Assembly: GCA_964595645.1 (NCBI GenBank)
Contig: CAZQQT010000007.1
Coordinates: 1 to 64,000 of the forward strand
Direction: 5' to 3'
DNA from: an uncultured Thermococci archaeon
GTDB taxonomy: Archaea; Methanobacteriota_B; Thermococci; Methanofastidiosales; B48-G16
DNA length: 64,000 nt
Part shown: positions 30,767 through 40,653 of the stretch, piece by piece
How positions within the stretch are numbered: position 1 is the first letter of the stretch
Layout: the number at the start of each line of letters is the position of its first letter
Position numbers and translations under genes: made by a program
The notes under the pieces: model-generated
What the model was told of the DNA's origin: nothing
The model's database searches: none
What the model saw: only the letters and a program-made list of their open reading frames with translations

Positions 30767-31975
30767 GTGAGACATATGTATGAAAAAGAAATGGAAAAAG
30801 CAAAGGAACATTTCGGTAATATCCTCACTGAACAGCTTGAACGGGTAGACCGGATGAAGGAAGGTGAGGACTGGATCGATTATACGACGCTCAAACCGAT
30901 AATTATCGGATTTGTGGGTGGAGACGGCATCGGACCGTTCATTGCGAAAGAAGCGAAACGCGTACTGGAACTGCTACTTGAAGATGAGATCAATAACAGA
31001 AAGATCGAAATGCGGACCATAGAAGGACTGACCATCGAGAACAGGGCCAAAGTTGGAAAGGCTATTCCCAATGATGTTCTGGAGGAAATAAAGAAATGTC
31101 ATGTACTTCTGAAAGGTCCCACCACCACACCCAAAAAAGGAGACAAATGGCCTAATATAGAGAGCGCCAATGTGGCAATGCGCCGTGAACTCGATCTTTT
31201 TGCCAACGTGAGGCCGGTGAAAGTTCCTGAAGAAGATATTGACTGGGTATTCTTCAGGGAGAACACGGAAGGTGCCTATATTCTCGGAAGGAAGGGTATC
31301 ACCGTGGCCGAGGATCTCGCAATCGACTTTGCAGTCGCCACGACACCCGGTGCAGAACGAATTCTCAGAATGGCGTTTAACTACGCCAGAGACAACGATA
31401 TCAACAGAGTGACCGTGGTCACTAAGGCGAACGTGGTCAAAGCATCCGACGGGATGTTCCTAGATATCGCAAAGGACGTGGCAAAGGATTTCCCAGAAGT
31501 AGAGTGGGACGACTGGTTTGTCGATATCATGGCAGCAAAACTCCTCGATCCGGCGAGACGCAGTCAGTTCCGGGTAATTGTGGCACCGAACCTCTTCGGA
31601 GATATCCTCACCGATGAAGCAGCACAACTGCAGGGGGGCGTCGGCACTGCAGGAAGTGCGAACATCGGTAAACGGTACGCCATGTTCGAGGCTATTCACG
31701 GCTCCGCTCCGCGAATGGTAGAAGAAGGACGGGCGAAGTACGCCGATCCCTCCAGTATGATGCGGGCTGCAGCCATGCTGCTCAACCACATTGGTTATCC
31801 GGAAAGAGCAAAGAAACTCGAGATGGCACTGGATGTCTGTGGCCAGTATGAGAGAAAGATCAGGGTCACTGGGCACGACGACGGCGCCACCGGTGCAGAG
31901 TTTGCGGACTACGTAATGGACACCGTGCAGGATCCGAATCTCGAAGAAAGGTGGGAATCCTGCCGGAAAAAGTAA
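30767..31975 (+). CDS. icd: Isocitrate dehydrogenase (isocitrate/isopropylmalate dehydrogenase family)
   Basis: GDGIGP, KGPTTTP, isocitrate-type SANVAMR, RENTEGAY, TKAN, FEAIHGSAP. Confidence 0.85.
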   Translation: MRHMYEKEMEKAKEHFGNILTEQLERVDRMKEGEDWIDYTTLKPIIIGFVGGDGIGPFIAKEAKRVLELLLEDEINNRKIEMRTIEGLTIENRAKVGKAIPNDVLEEIKKCHVLLKGPTTTPKKGDKWPNIESANVAMRRELDLFANVRPVKVPEEDIDWVFFRENTEGAYILGRKGITVAEDLAIDFAVATTPGAERILRMAFNYARDNDINRVTVVTKANVVKASDGMFLDIAKDVAKDFPEVEWDDWFVDIMAAKLLDPARRSQFRVIVAPNLFGDILTDEAAQLQGGVGTAGSANIGKRYAMFEAIHGSAPRMVEEGRAKYADPSSMMRAAAMLLNHIGYPERAKKLEMALDVCGQYERKIRVTGHDDGATGAEFADYVMDTVQDPNLEERWESCRKK

Positions 31976-31981
31976 AACCTA

Positions 31982-32005
31982 CTTTTTTTCTCTTTTTTAT
32001 TCTTT
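31982..32005. terminator. T-rich terminator between convergent icd and the lipoprotein gene
   Basis: cttttttctcttttttattcttt directly after the icd stop. Confidence 0.5.
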
Positions 32006-32012
32006 AACCTGT

Positions 32013-34532
32013 TCACATCATTGATTTCACTGTATTCCAGTATATCTGTGCTACCCATTCTCTCCGTTCCGGTGATACCTCCTCAGAAGTAATGTATTTC
32101 TTCAGTCGTCGTGCACAGCCTCGTTTCGTCTCGGTCACACTGGGGTGCGTGCTCGCGATACAGATATTCAGCTCATCCACCATCTCAGCGATGTACTCCC
32201 CGTCGGAGATCGCCAGGATGCGCTCCCGTGCTTCGGGATCTTCTCTGTACTCCATCGCCGTACTTATTGCCAGCATGGAAACACAGTCAATGAGCCAGTC
32301 ACCTCCCCTTTCTGCGATGGTGTAGCCGAGATCGGTACTGTGCTCATCGAGAAGATCAATTCGCATCTGTGGGAGGCCTGTGGGAGCATCTATCCAGAAA
32401 CTGAGAAATCCAGAGGGGAAGGCGTTACTCCGCTCCAGTCCGATCCCTCCGAGTACTTCAGGTGCTGAAAATCCAGAAGGTCGTGTGATGACACTTCCTT
32501 CATCCCATTGGGGCTGCTGCAGTCCGAAGAGAATCTCAATCCTGTAGACCTGCCCTTCCAGTTCCTCAGGAATATCAAAAGCAAGAAGAAGACCGCTTTC
32601 ATCCTCGAAAAAAATAGACTCTGAGTGATACACAGTTTTTGTTACCTTTGTATGCTTGTTCTTATGGTCATCGTAGTACCCACGTGGTTTTCCTGGGTTG
32701 TTGTTCTTCCACTCTTTCCATTTATCCTCATCTTTTTTCTTTGCTTTCTCGAAAGCGTCATCCCAGCTATCCTTATCCAGACCGTTGAGCTTGTCTGCGA
32801 ACTCCTTCTCAAAATGGTCGTGTTCCTTTTTATTGGAGTCTGGATACGCGTATGAGTGGCTGTCCTCATCTGTCGCGGTGTAGACACCCTCCACATGCTC
32901 CTCGATATTGGCCGCGACTCCTCCTGAGAAACACTGCATCATCTCAACGAAGATATGGATCCCTGCCTCATCGATGGACTTCAAGATGTCTGCAAACTCA
33001 TCGTCCCAGAGCACCTCGCCACCCCAGAGGGTGATACCCTCGTGAAATCCGACCTCATCGTCCTTGTCACCGTCGTTGTTCCAGTCGACACCTCCATCAT
33101 CCTTATCGATATCGCCATCACCATCGGTATCCTCTCCGATCTTGTCCCATCCTCCGTTGTTCTTTTTGTAGGCGACAAACTTCGATCCGTCCCATTCCAC
33201 CTTTGTATCGTTGGTACCGTCACCGTCGGTGTCCCATTCATTGGTCTCGTACTGCCACGGGCCAAGGTTATTCATTTCCCAGCCCATGTGATCCTTGTCA
33301 CCGTCGTTATCAACATCCTGTCCCGTCTCGTACTCTTCGACACGGCCGTCACCGTTGAGATCGCTGCCCTTCAGCACCCAGGTACCATTCTCCCGCTTGT
33401 ACAGCTGGAGCCTGTTCGTCTGTTTGTCCAGATGGACGAACCAGGCCTCTCCCTTGTTATTTACCCACTGTTGGCTCTCTCGATGTGCTTTCTTTCTGCA
33501 GTCGATCCGTATTTCTTTTTCCGGATACGTTTTTCCTATACTCTCCGAGGATCGTCCCCCGGTGTAGCCAGCGGCGGGATTATACCCTGCGCCGTGATCG
33601 GTGACAAATACTGCCAGCGTGGAACTCGGGGACATCTTATCTGGATATCCTCCCATAACCTCCTCAATTTTATCCTTCGTTGCCGGGTAATCCACGATAT
33701 TTTTTCCATCGAGGATGATTGGCTCGCCGTTGTTATAGAATACATCGATTTCGTCATCCGAAAGCCCAAGCTCTCGAAGTTTCTTGTATTTCGCTTTAAT
33801 ATCCTCCTCGTACCGCTCTTTTTGGTTGTTGTCATCGGCAGTGCCACAGATAATTGTTCCCCTGTCACCTCCGCTGTCTGAGCCTTCTCCATTCAGCGCA
33901 AATCCTAGTGATCCTTCTTGCACGATAGAGGATGGAAACAACATGCTTTTCCCTCCGTAGTCCTCTGTGAGCACATGGTATCGCTCTACGGTGATCAGTG
34001 GCGTGGGGTGGAGAGTAAATGTACCGTATGTGTCAGAAAAGTTCTTTACCTCGCCGTACACAAGAATCTCTGCACCGTCCATTGTATACGGAGGCAGTTC
34101 TCCATCGAGTCTAATAAACGAATGGGCAGGAAGTATTGTGTTCGCAAGAAGAGAGCTGTAATCCAGGACTAAAAATCCAACGCCATCATTGGTCGTTCTC
34201 TCGTCGCCGTACACCCCTAACGTCCAGGTTTTCGTTCCGAAATACTCATCGAGCATGAACGTGAGTCGAGGAACAGAGGTAATCTCTTCTAGGGTTAACG
34301 GTGGCAACTCCGTAGGTTTCGAAGGCTCCTCAGATTCTTCTTCCACGGCCGGTTGAGTCTGTTCGGGTTGTGCTGCTTTCTGTGGTGTTTCAGTCTGTCC
34401 AGGCTCCGCTGTTTTTTCGGGTGTGTCAGTGATTGTTGGTTCTATCGTTTCCGATGGTTCTCCTCCGATGCATCCTACGACAATTATTACAAGAAACAGT
34501 GGCATTATAAGATTAATGTATCTCTTTTGCAT
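32013..34532 (-). CDS. Lipoprotein with clan CD (caspase/legumain-like) cysteine peptidase domain and DxDGDG Ca-binding loops
   Basis: Lipobox VVGC; ATK..I, VFVTDHG and MQCFSGG catalytic motifs; five Dx[DN]xDG motifs. Confidence 0.7.
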   Translation of the reverse strand: MQKRYINLIMPLFLVIIVVGCIGGEPSETIEPTITDTPEKTAEPGQTETPQKAAQPEQTQPAVEEESEEPSKPTELPPLTLEEITSVPRLTFMLDEYFGTKTWTLGVYGDERTTNDGVGFLVLDYSSLLANTILPAHSFIRLDGELPPYTMDGAEILVYGEVKNFSDTYGTFTLHPTPLITVERYHVLTEDYGGKSMLFPSSIVQEGSLGFALNGEGSDSGGDRGTIICGTADDNNQKERYEEDIKAKYKKLRELGLSDDEIDVFYNNGEPIILDGKNIVDYPATKDKIEEVMGGYPDKMSPSSTLAVFVTDHGAGYNPAAGYTGGRSSESIGKTYPEKEIRIDCRKKAHRESQQWVNNKGEAWFVHLDKQTNRLQLYKRENGTWVLKGSDLNGDGRVEEYETGQDVDNDGDKDHMGWEMNNLGPWQYETNEWDTDGDGTNDTKVEWDGSKFVAYKKNNGGWDKIGEDTDGDGDIDKDDGGVDWNNDGDKDDEVGFHEGITLWGGEVLWDDEFADILKSIDEAGIHIFVEMMQCFSGGVAANIEEHVEGVYTATDEDSHSYAYPDSNKKEHDHFEKEFADKLNGLDKDSWDDAFEKAKKKDEDKWKEWKNNNPGKPRGYYDDHKNKHTKVTKTVYHSESIFFEDESGLLLAFDIPEELEGQVYRIEILFGLQQPQWDEGSVITRPSGFSAPEVLGGIGLERSNAFPSGFLSFWIDAPTGLPQMRIDLLDEHSTDLGYTIAERGGDWLIDCVSMLAISTAMEYREDPEARERILAISDGEYIAEMVDELNICIASTHPSVTETKRGCARRLKKYITSEEVSPERREWVAQIYWNTVKSMM

Positions 34533-34970
34533 TTAACCACTTTTATAGCCAATTATTTCTATATTTAACTTGCGTATATTTATACTTTTCTGTTTCTAAA
34601 AATATAAAAATCTGCAAACACTCTTTGTAAAATATAAGGGGAAATAATAACCGAAGAAGTATCAAATTCTCCCAAAAGATGTTTTGGCCCAAAAATGGGA
34701 GAGAAAGGCCTACATAACGAGTGTTAACGTGAAAATACTCCTAAAAAGTAAATGATAATTTTTTATTCTTTCAAAAATCTTCTCAGAAGTACAGATACTA
34801 TCAGAAGCGAAACTGTGTAACTTGCAAGGTACCCTATGAAGTTCTGAGTGAGGTATAACGGTAGTGTCGCCAAAGTACTTGTAGATCGCTGTTACCTCGA
34901 TCATCCACTCACCGTACGCAAATGAGATGGTATGTTTATAAAATCTATTGGCTATATAAAAAAGAGTTAG

Positions 34971-36410
34971 TTAAGCTGCCTTCTTTAACCTCACATCAAA
35001 CCGTGCACCACCCATCCCGGAATCCTTAACCTCAATGCTCCCACCATACTTCTCAGCTATGTCCTTCGCAATGTACGTCCCTAAGCCGGATCCGGATTTC
35101 TCACCTTTTTTGAACCCTTGTTCAAATATCTTCTCTTTCATCTCATCAGATATTCCCTTCCCGTCATCTTCCACAGTGATAATACAACAATCTCCTTTGC
35201 TCTTCGTGCTTACTCTTATTTTATGACAGACGGCATGTGTTATCGCGTTTTCGATCAAGTTAGAAAAGAGCTCATCTAACAAACTCCCTCCTTTGACTGT
35301 ACATGGTAAAATTTGCACTTCAATCTCGATATCCTGGTCATGCAATCGATCAACGTGCTTCGAGACAACACTCTCTACCACACGGCGTATCTCAACTGCC
35401 CCTATTTCTTCTTGTGCCTCAATTTTACGCAGTGTGCTCACTTTTTCTATTATCTCTACAGCAGCGTTGATAGCCTTCGATATCTTTTCATGATATGTTT
35501 TTTCATTATCTGATTCTTTCTCCATTAGCTGTACGTATCCTTTCGCGACCTGCAGTTTGTTCTTCACATCGTGACGTAAAATAGAATGTAAGAATTCTTC
35601 TCTTTTTTCTGCTTGTTTGCGACGTTCAAGTTCCCTATTCGCTTTTTGAAGTTCACTACGCACCTCTTCCACCTTTCTGAGGATAGCTAAGACGGGGCGA
35701 TTTTCGATCCTCACTCCTCTCTTACGACTCTGCCAATTGAGATAAAAATACAGAAAGGGGAAGGCAAACACCGACAGAACGAGACGACTCAGTAACGTAC
35801 CTTGCATAATACTCAGATAGTTGGGAGTCCCGAAAAATGCGCCTGTGTTGAACAACGCGACGTCAAGCACCATAACTCCCAGAAGTGTCAGATACGCTCT
35901 AAGCCATGTTGTGATTTTTAGTTTCGGTTTGCCCAGCACCTCCCACATCATCGCCAAGAAAACGAGATCGATGATGGTCGTGAGTACAGATGCCGTGTTA
36001 ATACGTAAACTGGGGGTTGGAATATAGTTAAGAAGTGCACTACTCGAAAGATCCATCTGTAGGTGTAACGCTGCCGCGATGATAGGAACGAGAGCAGAGA
36101 TTCCAGCGACTGTGAGAATTGCACACTGCGTTGATCGCGGTCCATCAAACACGTACACGACAAAGACCCCAAGCAGAAGTGCGGTGTAGAACACGGTGGA
36201 ACCTACCATGAACGTAATGCCAGCTACTTCCACTTGCACACCGGCATCAGTCGTCCAGGACATAATCGCTGTAATACCACCCAATAGCGCATAGAAAGGT
36301 CCTAACCCAGCACGGTGACGGAGTGAATGAACCCATAGAAACAATAAATAAACTGAAATAGCCTCGATGATCAGGATAATAAGAGCGATATTCAAAAGGA
36401 TCCCTCCCAA
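34971..36410 (-). CDS. Membrane histidine kinase with Vut_1/YhhQ-like sensor domain
   Basis: Multi-TM N-terminal half; ILRHDVKN H-box, NLIENAI, EDDGKGI, GSGLG. Confidence 0.88.
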   Translation of the reverse strand: MGGILLNIALIILIIEAISVYLLFLWVHSLRHRAGLGPFYALLGGITAIMSWTTDAGVQVEVAGITFMVGSTVFYTALLLGVFVVYVFDGPRSTQCAILTVAGISALVPIIAAALHLQMDLSSSALLNYIPTPSLRINTASVLTTIIDLVFLAMMWEVLGKPKLKITTWLRAYLTLLGVMVLDVALFNTGAFFGTPNYLSIMQGTLLSRLVLSVFAFPFLYFYLNWQSRKRGVRIENRPVLAILRKVEEVRSELQKANRELERRKQAEKREEFLHSILRHDVKNKLQVAKGYVQLMEKESDNEKTYHEKISKAINAAVEIIEKVSTLRKIEAQEEIGAVEIRRVVESVVSKHVDRLHDQDIEIEVQILPCTVKGGSLLDELFSNLIENAITHAVCHKIRVSTKSKGDCCIITVEDDGKGISDEMKEKIFEQGFKKGEKSGSGLGTYIAKDIAEKYGGSIEVKDSGMGGARFDVRLKKAA

Positions 36411-36548
36411 TATCTATGATAATAACTTCTACCAAAATAGACAGATACCATACACGTATTCATCTTTAAATTTTCTATCTCACTATCAACGACGTTTGTA
36501 GTAGGTTCTCTTTCTTTTGGGAGATTTTCTTCTTCGTACATTATCCAT

Positions 36549-36890
36549 TCACCCATACCGTTCCACTTCCTCCACCATCTCGTCGAGATCGAAGGGTTTG
36601 TGGAGGAATCCTACGGCCCCTTTCTCCAGCGCCTCCTCCCTGATGGTAGGATCCGCACTGGCGAACAGGATCTTCACATCGTCCATGGCCCAGATCTCCT
36701 CGGCAACCTGGATTCCATCCTTCCCGTGCATCCGGTAGTCCATGACCACGAGATCGTACTCGTGTGCTGCCACCATCTCCAGGCCCGTCTCCCCGTCGAT
36801 GGCGATGTCCACCGCGTGGCCCACGGACTCGAGGATATCCTTGAAGAGGGTGAGTACCTCCATCTCGTCGTCGATAATGAGGATTCTCAT
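36549..36890 (-). CDS. Stand-alone response regulator receiver
   Basis: ILIIDD, MDYRM, DG, SA, KPF. Confidence 0.93.
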   Translation of the reverse strand: MRILIIDDEMEVLTLFKDILESVGHAVDIAIDGETGLEMVAAHEYDLVVMDYRMHGKDGIQVAEEIWAMDDVKILFASADPTIREEALEKGAVGFLHKPFDLDEMVEEVERYG

Positions 36891-38986
36891 TCACTCACCG
36901 TCGGGATACTGAGGATGACCTCAGTTCCATTCTCGTGGGAGTGGATATCGAGCTCTCCGCCGTAGTGATCGAGGATCTTCTTCACGAGGTAGAGCCCCAT
37001 GCCCGTGCGTTTGGAGAGGGTCTCGAGGTTCTCGAGGATATCGGTTCGTTTCTGCTCCGAGATGCCGATGCCGTAATCACGGATGTTGATATCGTACATT
37101 CCATCTCTCTTCTTCACGGAAATGTCAATCCGTACCGGTTCGTGAAATGTATACTCCACAGCGTTCTCAAGCACGCTAAAAAGTACCTCGTCGAGGTAGA
37201 CGTTGGCATTCACTTCGGGCTCATCCACCTTCACATTGATCTCGAGTTCCCGATCAAAATGCTCATGGACTCGTTCGATGGATCGTTCCAGCACATCATC
37301 GAGGCGTATTCTCTCTGTAGGTTTCTCTTTGATATTTTTCAGTATCTGAATGCTTTCTGCCAGTCGTTTTGCCTTCATGACCGCTTTTTTTGCATTCTCT
37401 ACATTCTTTTCTATGGTTTCTTTATCTTCCGCTTCCCTGAGAAGATGAAGGTACCCGAGCATGACCTGATTGAGGTTCCCCATATCATGAGCGAGGACAT
37501 CTGCGTAGAACTCCGCTTCCTCTCGTGCCTTTTTTCGTTCCGTAATGTCCATAATATTCCCAATCACTCGTACTATCTGACCATCTTTTATTATCGCTTG
37601 ACTAATTGTCCGTACCCACATGTCACGACCCTGGGCATTCTGGAACCGTACCTCGAGATCATAACCTTCTCCGGTATCTAATAAATGCTCAAAGGCATTC
37701 TTAACCTTGGAACGATCTTCGGGATGATAACATTTCAAACTTTCTTCGATATTATCTATTGAACCAGCTACAGGAAAGCCATGGATGCGGTAAACTTCAT
37801 CGGTCCATACCATAGTTTTGGTCTTCAGATCGTACTCCCATCCCCCTATCTTGGATATCTTCTGGGTCCGTTTGAGCAGATCGCGATTCTTTTGTAGCTC
37901 CTGTTCAGCCTTTTTTCGCTCGGTGATATCCATTCCAGAACTTAATGTTCCTATAATTTCCCTCTGTTCATCTTTTAGAATGGAATTGTGCCATACAATA
38001 ATTTTCTCCTTGCCGTTTTTAGTTAGAACTGGATTTTCGAAATATTCAAAACCATCAGTAATGTTGGTGATAATTTCTTGAAAAACATTCCAAATTTCTT
38101 CTCTTTCCCGTTCAGGGATAAAATTTTCAAACCAGTTCTTCCCGATAATCTCTTCCTTGTCGTACCCCAGAACTTCGGATGCTTTCCTATTGGCCTGTAT
38201 AACGTTGCCATTCCGATCTATAACTACCATCATTACCTCTGCAGTTTCCAGATAGTTCTGTGCTCTATCCCTCTCCCTCGTTAATTTTCTTTTGGCCTCC
38301 TTTTCTCTCCGTTTCATCTGCGTTCGTCGAATTATTTCTTTCTTCATTTTTTCACAGTGTTCCCACGTCACCTTTCCTCTCAATTTGGCAGTAAAGAGGG
38401 AAGGAGGCATGTAGTATGGGTTCCAATGTAGGTCATCGTAAATAATCACATAAGGGTGTGTTCGGATCACGTCCACCAGTATCTCAGGTGAGAACTTCTT
38501 CTCATTGTACTGACAAAGCGCTACAACTTTACTGTCAGGAAGAAACTCATTAAGTTTAGACTCATACTCCATCAGCCTTTCAACTCCGGGCATATCGCTA
38601 AAGAACCACGTCATCTCACCGGTTAGTCTCAGCCCGGCATACCCCTCCTCTAATGCTTCATTCTGGGCATTTTCCAGTAACCTAATCATTTTATGAGGAT
38701 CAAAATAACCGTTCTTTAGATAAGACTCGCTTTTAGTCATGAACACAAACTGATCTGATTTCCTCCATTCTTCCACATTAAATCCTTCACGCTTAAATGC
38801 GTCCACAATCTCCTCTTTAGTCCTATCATCGACGATATAAAGACATTTCTCGTTTTTCTTTATACCCAAAGACATGAACAACGAGAGTATGGAGAGTTGT
38901 TCCTCTTTATTTCTATAGATATTGCACATGTGGCTGCCTAAATCCTGTTTTTCAAACTCTTTTCGCAGCTCCTCACTAACTTCCAT
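36887..38986 (-). CDS. MEDS-PAS-PAS histidine kinase
   Basis: MEDS (H.CNIY, RLTGEMTW, LCQY, RTHP), two PAS ending DITERK, LAHDMGN H-box, DYGIGI, GMGL. Confidence 0.92.
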   Translation of the reverse strand: MEVSEELRKEFEKQDLGSHMCNIYRNKEEQLSILSLFMSLGIKKNEKCLYIVDDRTKEEIVDAFKREGFNVEEWRKSDQFVFMTKSESYLKNGYFDPHKMIRLLENAQNEALEEGYAGLRLTGEMTWFFSDMPGVERLMEYESKLNEFLPDSKVVALCQYNEKKFSPEILVDVIRTHPYVIIYDDLHWNPYYMPPSLFTAKLRGKVTWEHCEKMKKEIIRRTQMKRREKEAKRKLTRERDRAQNYLETAEVMMVVIDRNGNVIQANRKASEVLGYDKEEIIGKNWFENFIPEREREEIWNVFQEIITNITDGFEYFENPVLTKNGKEKIIVWHNSILKDEQREIIGTLSSGMDITERKKAEQELQKNRDLLKRTQKISKIGGWEYDLKTKTMVWTDEVYRIHGFPVAGSIDNIEESLKCYHPEDRSKVKNAFEHLLDTGEGYDLEVRFQNAQGRDMWVRTISQAIIKDGQIVRVIGNIMDITERKKAREEAEFYADVLAHDMGNLNQVMLGYLHLLREAEDKETIEKNVENAKKAVMKAKRLAESIQILKNIKEKPTERIRLDDVLERSIERVHEHFDRELEINVKVDEPEVNANVYLDEVLFSVLENAVEYTFHEPVRIDISVKKRDGMYDINIRDYGIGISEQKRTDILENLETLSKRTGMGLYLVKKILDHYGGELDIHSHENGTEVILSIPTVSE

Positions 38987-39224
38987 GATTCACCTCTTCT
39001 CCGTAAATAGTGGTAGCATAATAATAATTATTACGAAGTATACCTTTAAAATTCTTTTGGTAGTGTCCTCTCTACAGTATGCCGCATTTAATTGAGAAAA
39101 TGATCTTAGAGACATTTTTTAAACTTAAAGAATTTCGATTTGAAAAATATCACCTTTGAATTCATGCTATTTTTGAAGCAAGATGATTCGTAATGTTTTA
39201 GTATATAGATGTAGTAGTTTTCTC

Positions 39225-39710
39225 ATGTTACGAGAATTCTTACTGCACTTTATTCCCGCACGGATAAAGTGGAAAAAATCTGTGAGCGGTATCGGCGAGA
39301 TGTATGAGGAAATTCTCAATACGCTCGTAGAGAAGCATGGAAACGAAGCGGTGAAGGATCTCGCAGAGGCGATGTACGCAATTGGATCCCGCCAGGGAAA
39401 GGAGATTCAGCAGACAATACGGGTAAAGGACAACGCCTACGGCTGTGCGCTGGCATTGCTGACCATGCATAGAATCTTCGATATAAAAAGTAAAATTGTT
39501 GAAAAAAATGAGAAAAGAGCGGTAATTCATATCGCTGAATGTCCATGGAAGGAGAAAGAGGGATGGAGCTCGAAATGCTGTATGTCACTGGCAGCCTACG
39601 AGCGGGGCGTGGTGGAGAGCATCAACCCGCAGATCGCCCACCGATATACAAAGACACGATCGCTTGACGCTCCCTTCTGCGAGATTATCGTGGAACGGAG
39701 GGATTTATAA
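39225..39710 (+). CDS. V4R/ATC-hydrolase-like small-ligand-binding protein
   Basis: ECPW...CC...G...INP...CE pattern. Confidence 0.6.
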   Translation: MLREFLLHFIPARIKWKKSVSGIGEMYEEILNTLVEKHGNEAVKDLAEAMYAIGSRQGKEIQQTIRVKDNAYGCALALLTMHRIFDIKSKIVEKNEKRAVIHIAECPWKEKEGWSSKCCMSLAAYERGVVESINPQIAHRYTKTRSLDAPFCEIIVERRDL

Positions 39711-39732
39711 ATCGTTGAAGAAAAATTTTAGT

Positions 39733-40065
39733 ATGAGGACGATCGAGCTCGGAGCCACCGGAGAGAAGATACCCTTAATGGGACAGGGAGCCTGGGGCAT
39801 CAAGACGTGGGGATCGCAGGAACACTGCGAACAGTGGAAACGTTCTCTCCGACGAGGAATTGAACTCGGAATGACACATATCGATACCGCCGATGCCCAC
39901 GACGCAACGATCCAACAGATTGCCATCGCCTGGCTCATCAACCACGAGAACGTGATCACGATCCCGAAGGCGTTTCACGTCGAGCATGTGGAGGCCAACG
40001 CTGAAGCTGCAGATATCACTCTTTCCAAAAAGGAAATGGAGCTCCTGAACACTGTTTCAACATGA
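39733..40065 (+). pseudogene. Aldo/keto reductase with a large in-frame internal deletion
   Basis: N-terminal GQGAW...GMTHIDTA joined directly to C-terminal QIAIAWL...TIPKA...N; only ~110 aa. Confidence 0.85.
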
Positions 40066-40142
40066 CAAGATAGTAATAAAAAATGTGTGAATATCTGTAG
40101 AGGCATCCGAAATCTTTTAAGTGAAATTTCCAAAGTGTTGGT

Positions 40143-40625
40143 ATGGTAGATGAAGAGGAGAAGTACAAAAAAAGAGCAGAGGCTGTCACCGATACGCTCA
40201 ACGAGTTCGTCCGTTCCGTGAACATCTTCAGTAGAAGCTATTTTAACAATGACATTATCGCCCAGAAAATCTTCATAGAAGCCATCCGGTTCGGAATCGA
40301 GAAGGCGAAGATCCCCCTTCCTGAAGCAGACACACCGCTTGGTGCATGTGAGTCGTACATCGAGGTTCTCGATAAGGTAGGACTTATGCCAGAGGATCAG
40401 TTTAAGCTCAAAAAAGAAGGCGATGCAATTACATGCAGAATCAAGCCTCCCTGCCTGTACTCCGCCGGCTGTGCCTACACGGATGAGGAAGGTGTGACCC
40501 CTACCTGCATCCGAGGGCTGGTATTTCACGTGATGATTAAGGATACTGTGGATGAAAACTACCGTCTGAAGGTAAAGGAATTCAATCCAGAAGAAGGGTG
40601 CATTGTCGAGCTGTCACCAGTATAA
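40143..40625 (+). CDS. Hypothetical protein, V4R/methanogen-output-domain-like
   Basis: CLY..C...C and terminal GCIVEL cysteine pattern. Confidence 0.55.
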   Translation: MVDEEEKYKKRAEAVTDTLNEFVRSVNIFSRSYFNNDIIAQKIFIEAIRFGIEKAKIPLPEADTPLGACESYIEVLDKVGLMPEDQFKLKKEGDAITCRIKPPCLYSAGCAYTDEEGVTPTCIRGLVFHVMIKDTVDENYRLKVKEFNPEEGCIVELSPV

Positions 40626-40653
40626 AAAAAGATAAGAAATAAAAAAAGATAGA

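Noticed and set aside
34710-34904. ORF beginning MIEVTAIYKYFGD like an ABC ATPase
   Set aside because: Similarity ends after about 13 residues, with no Walker motifs; at most a tiny remnant.
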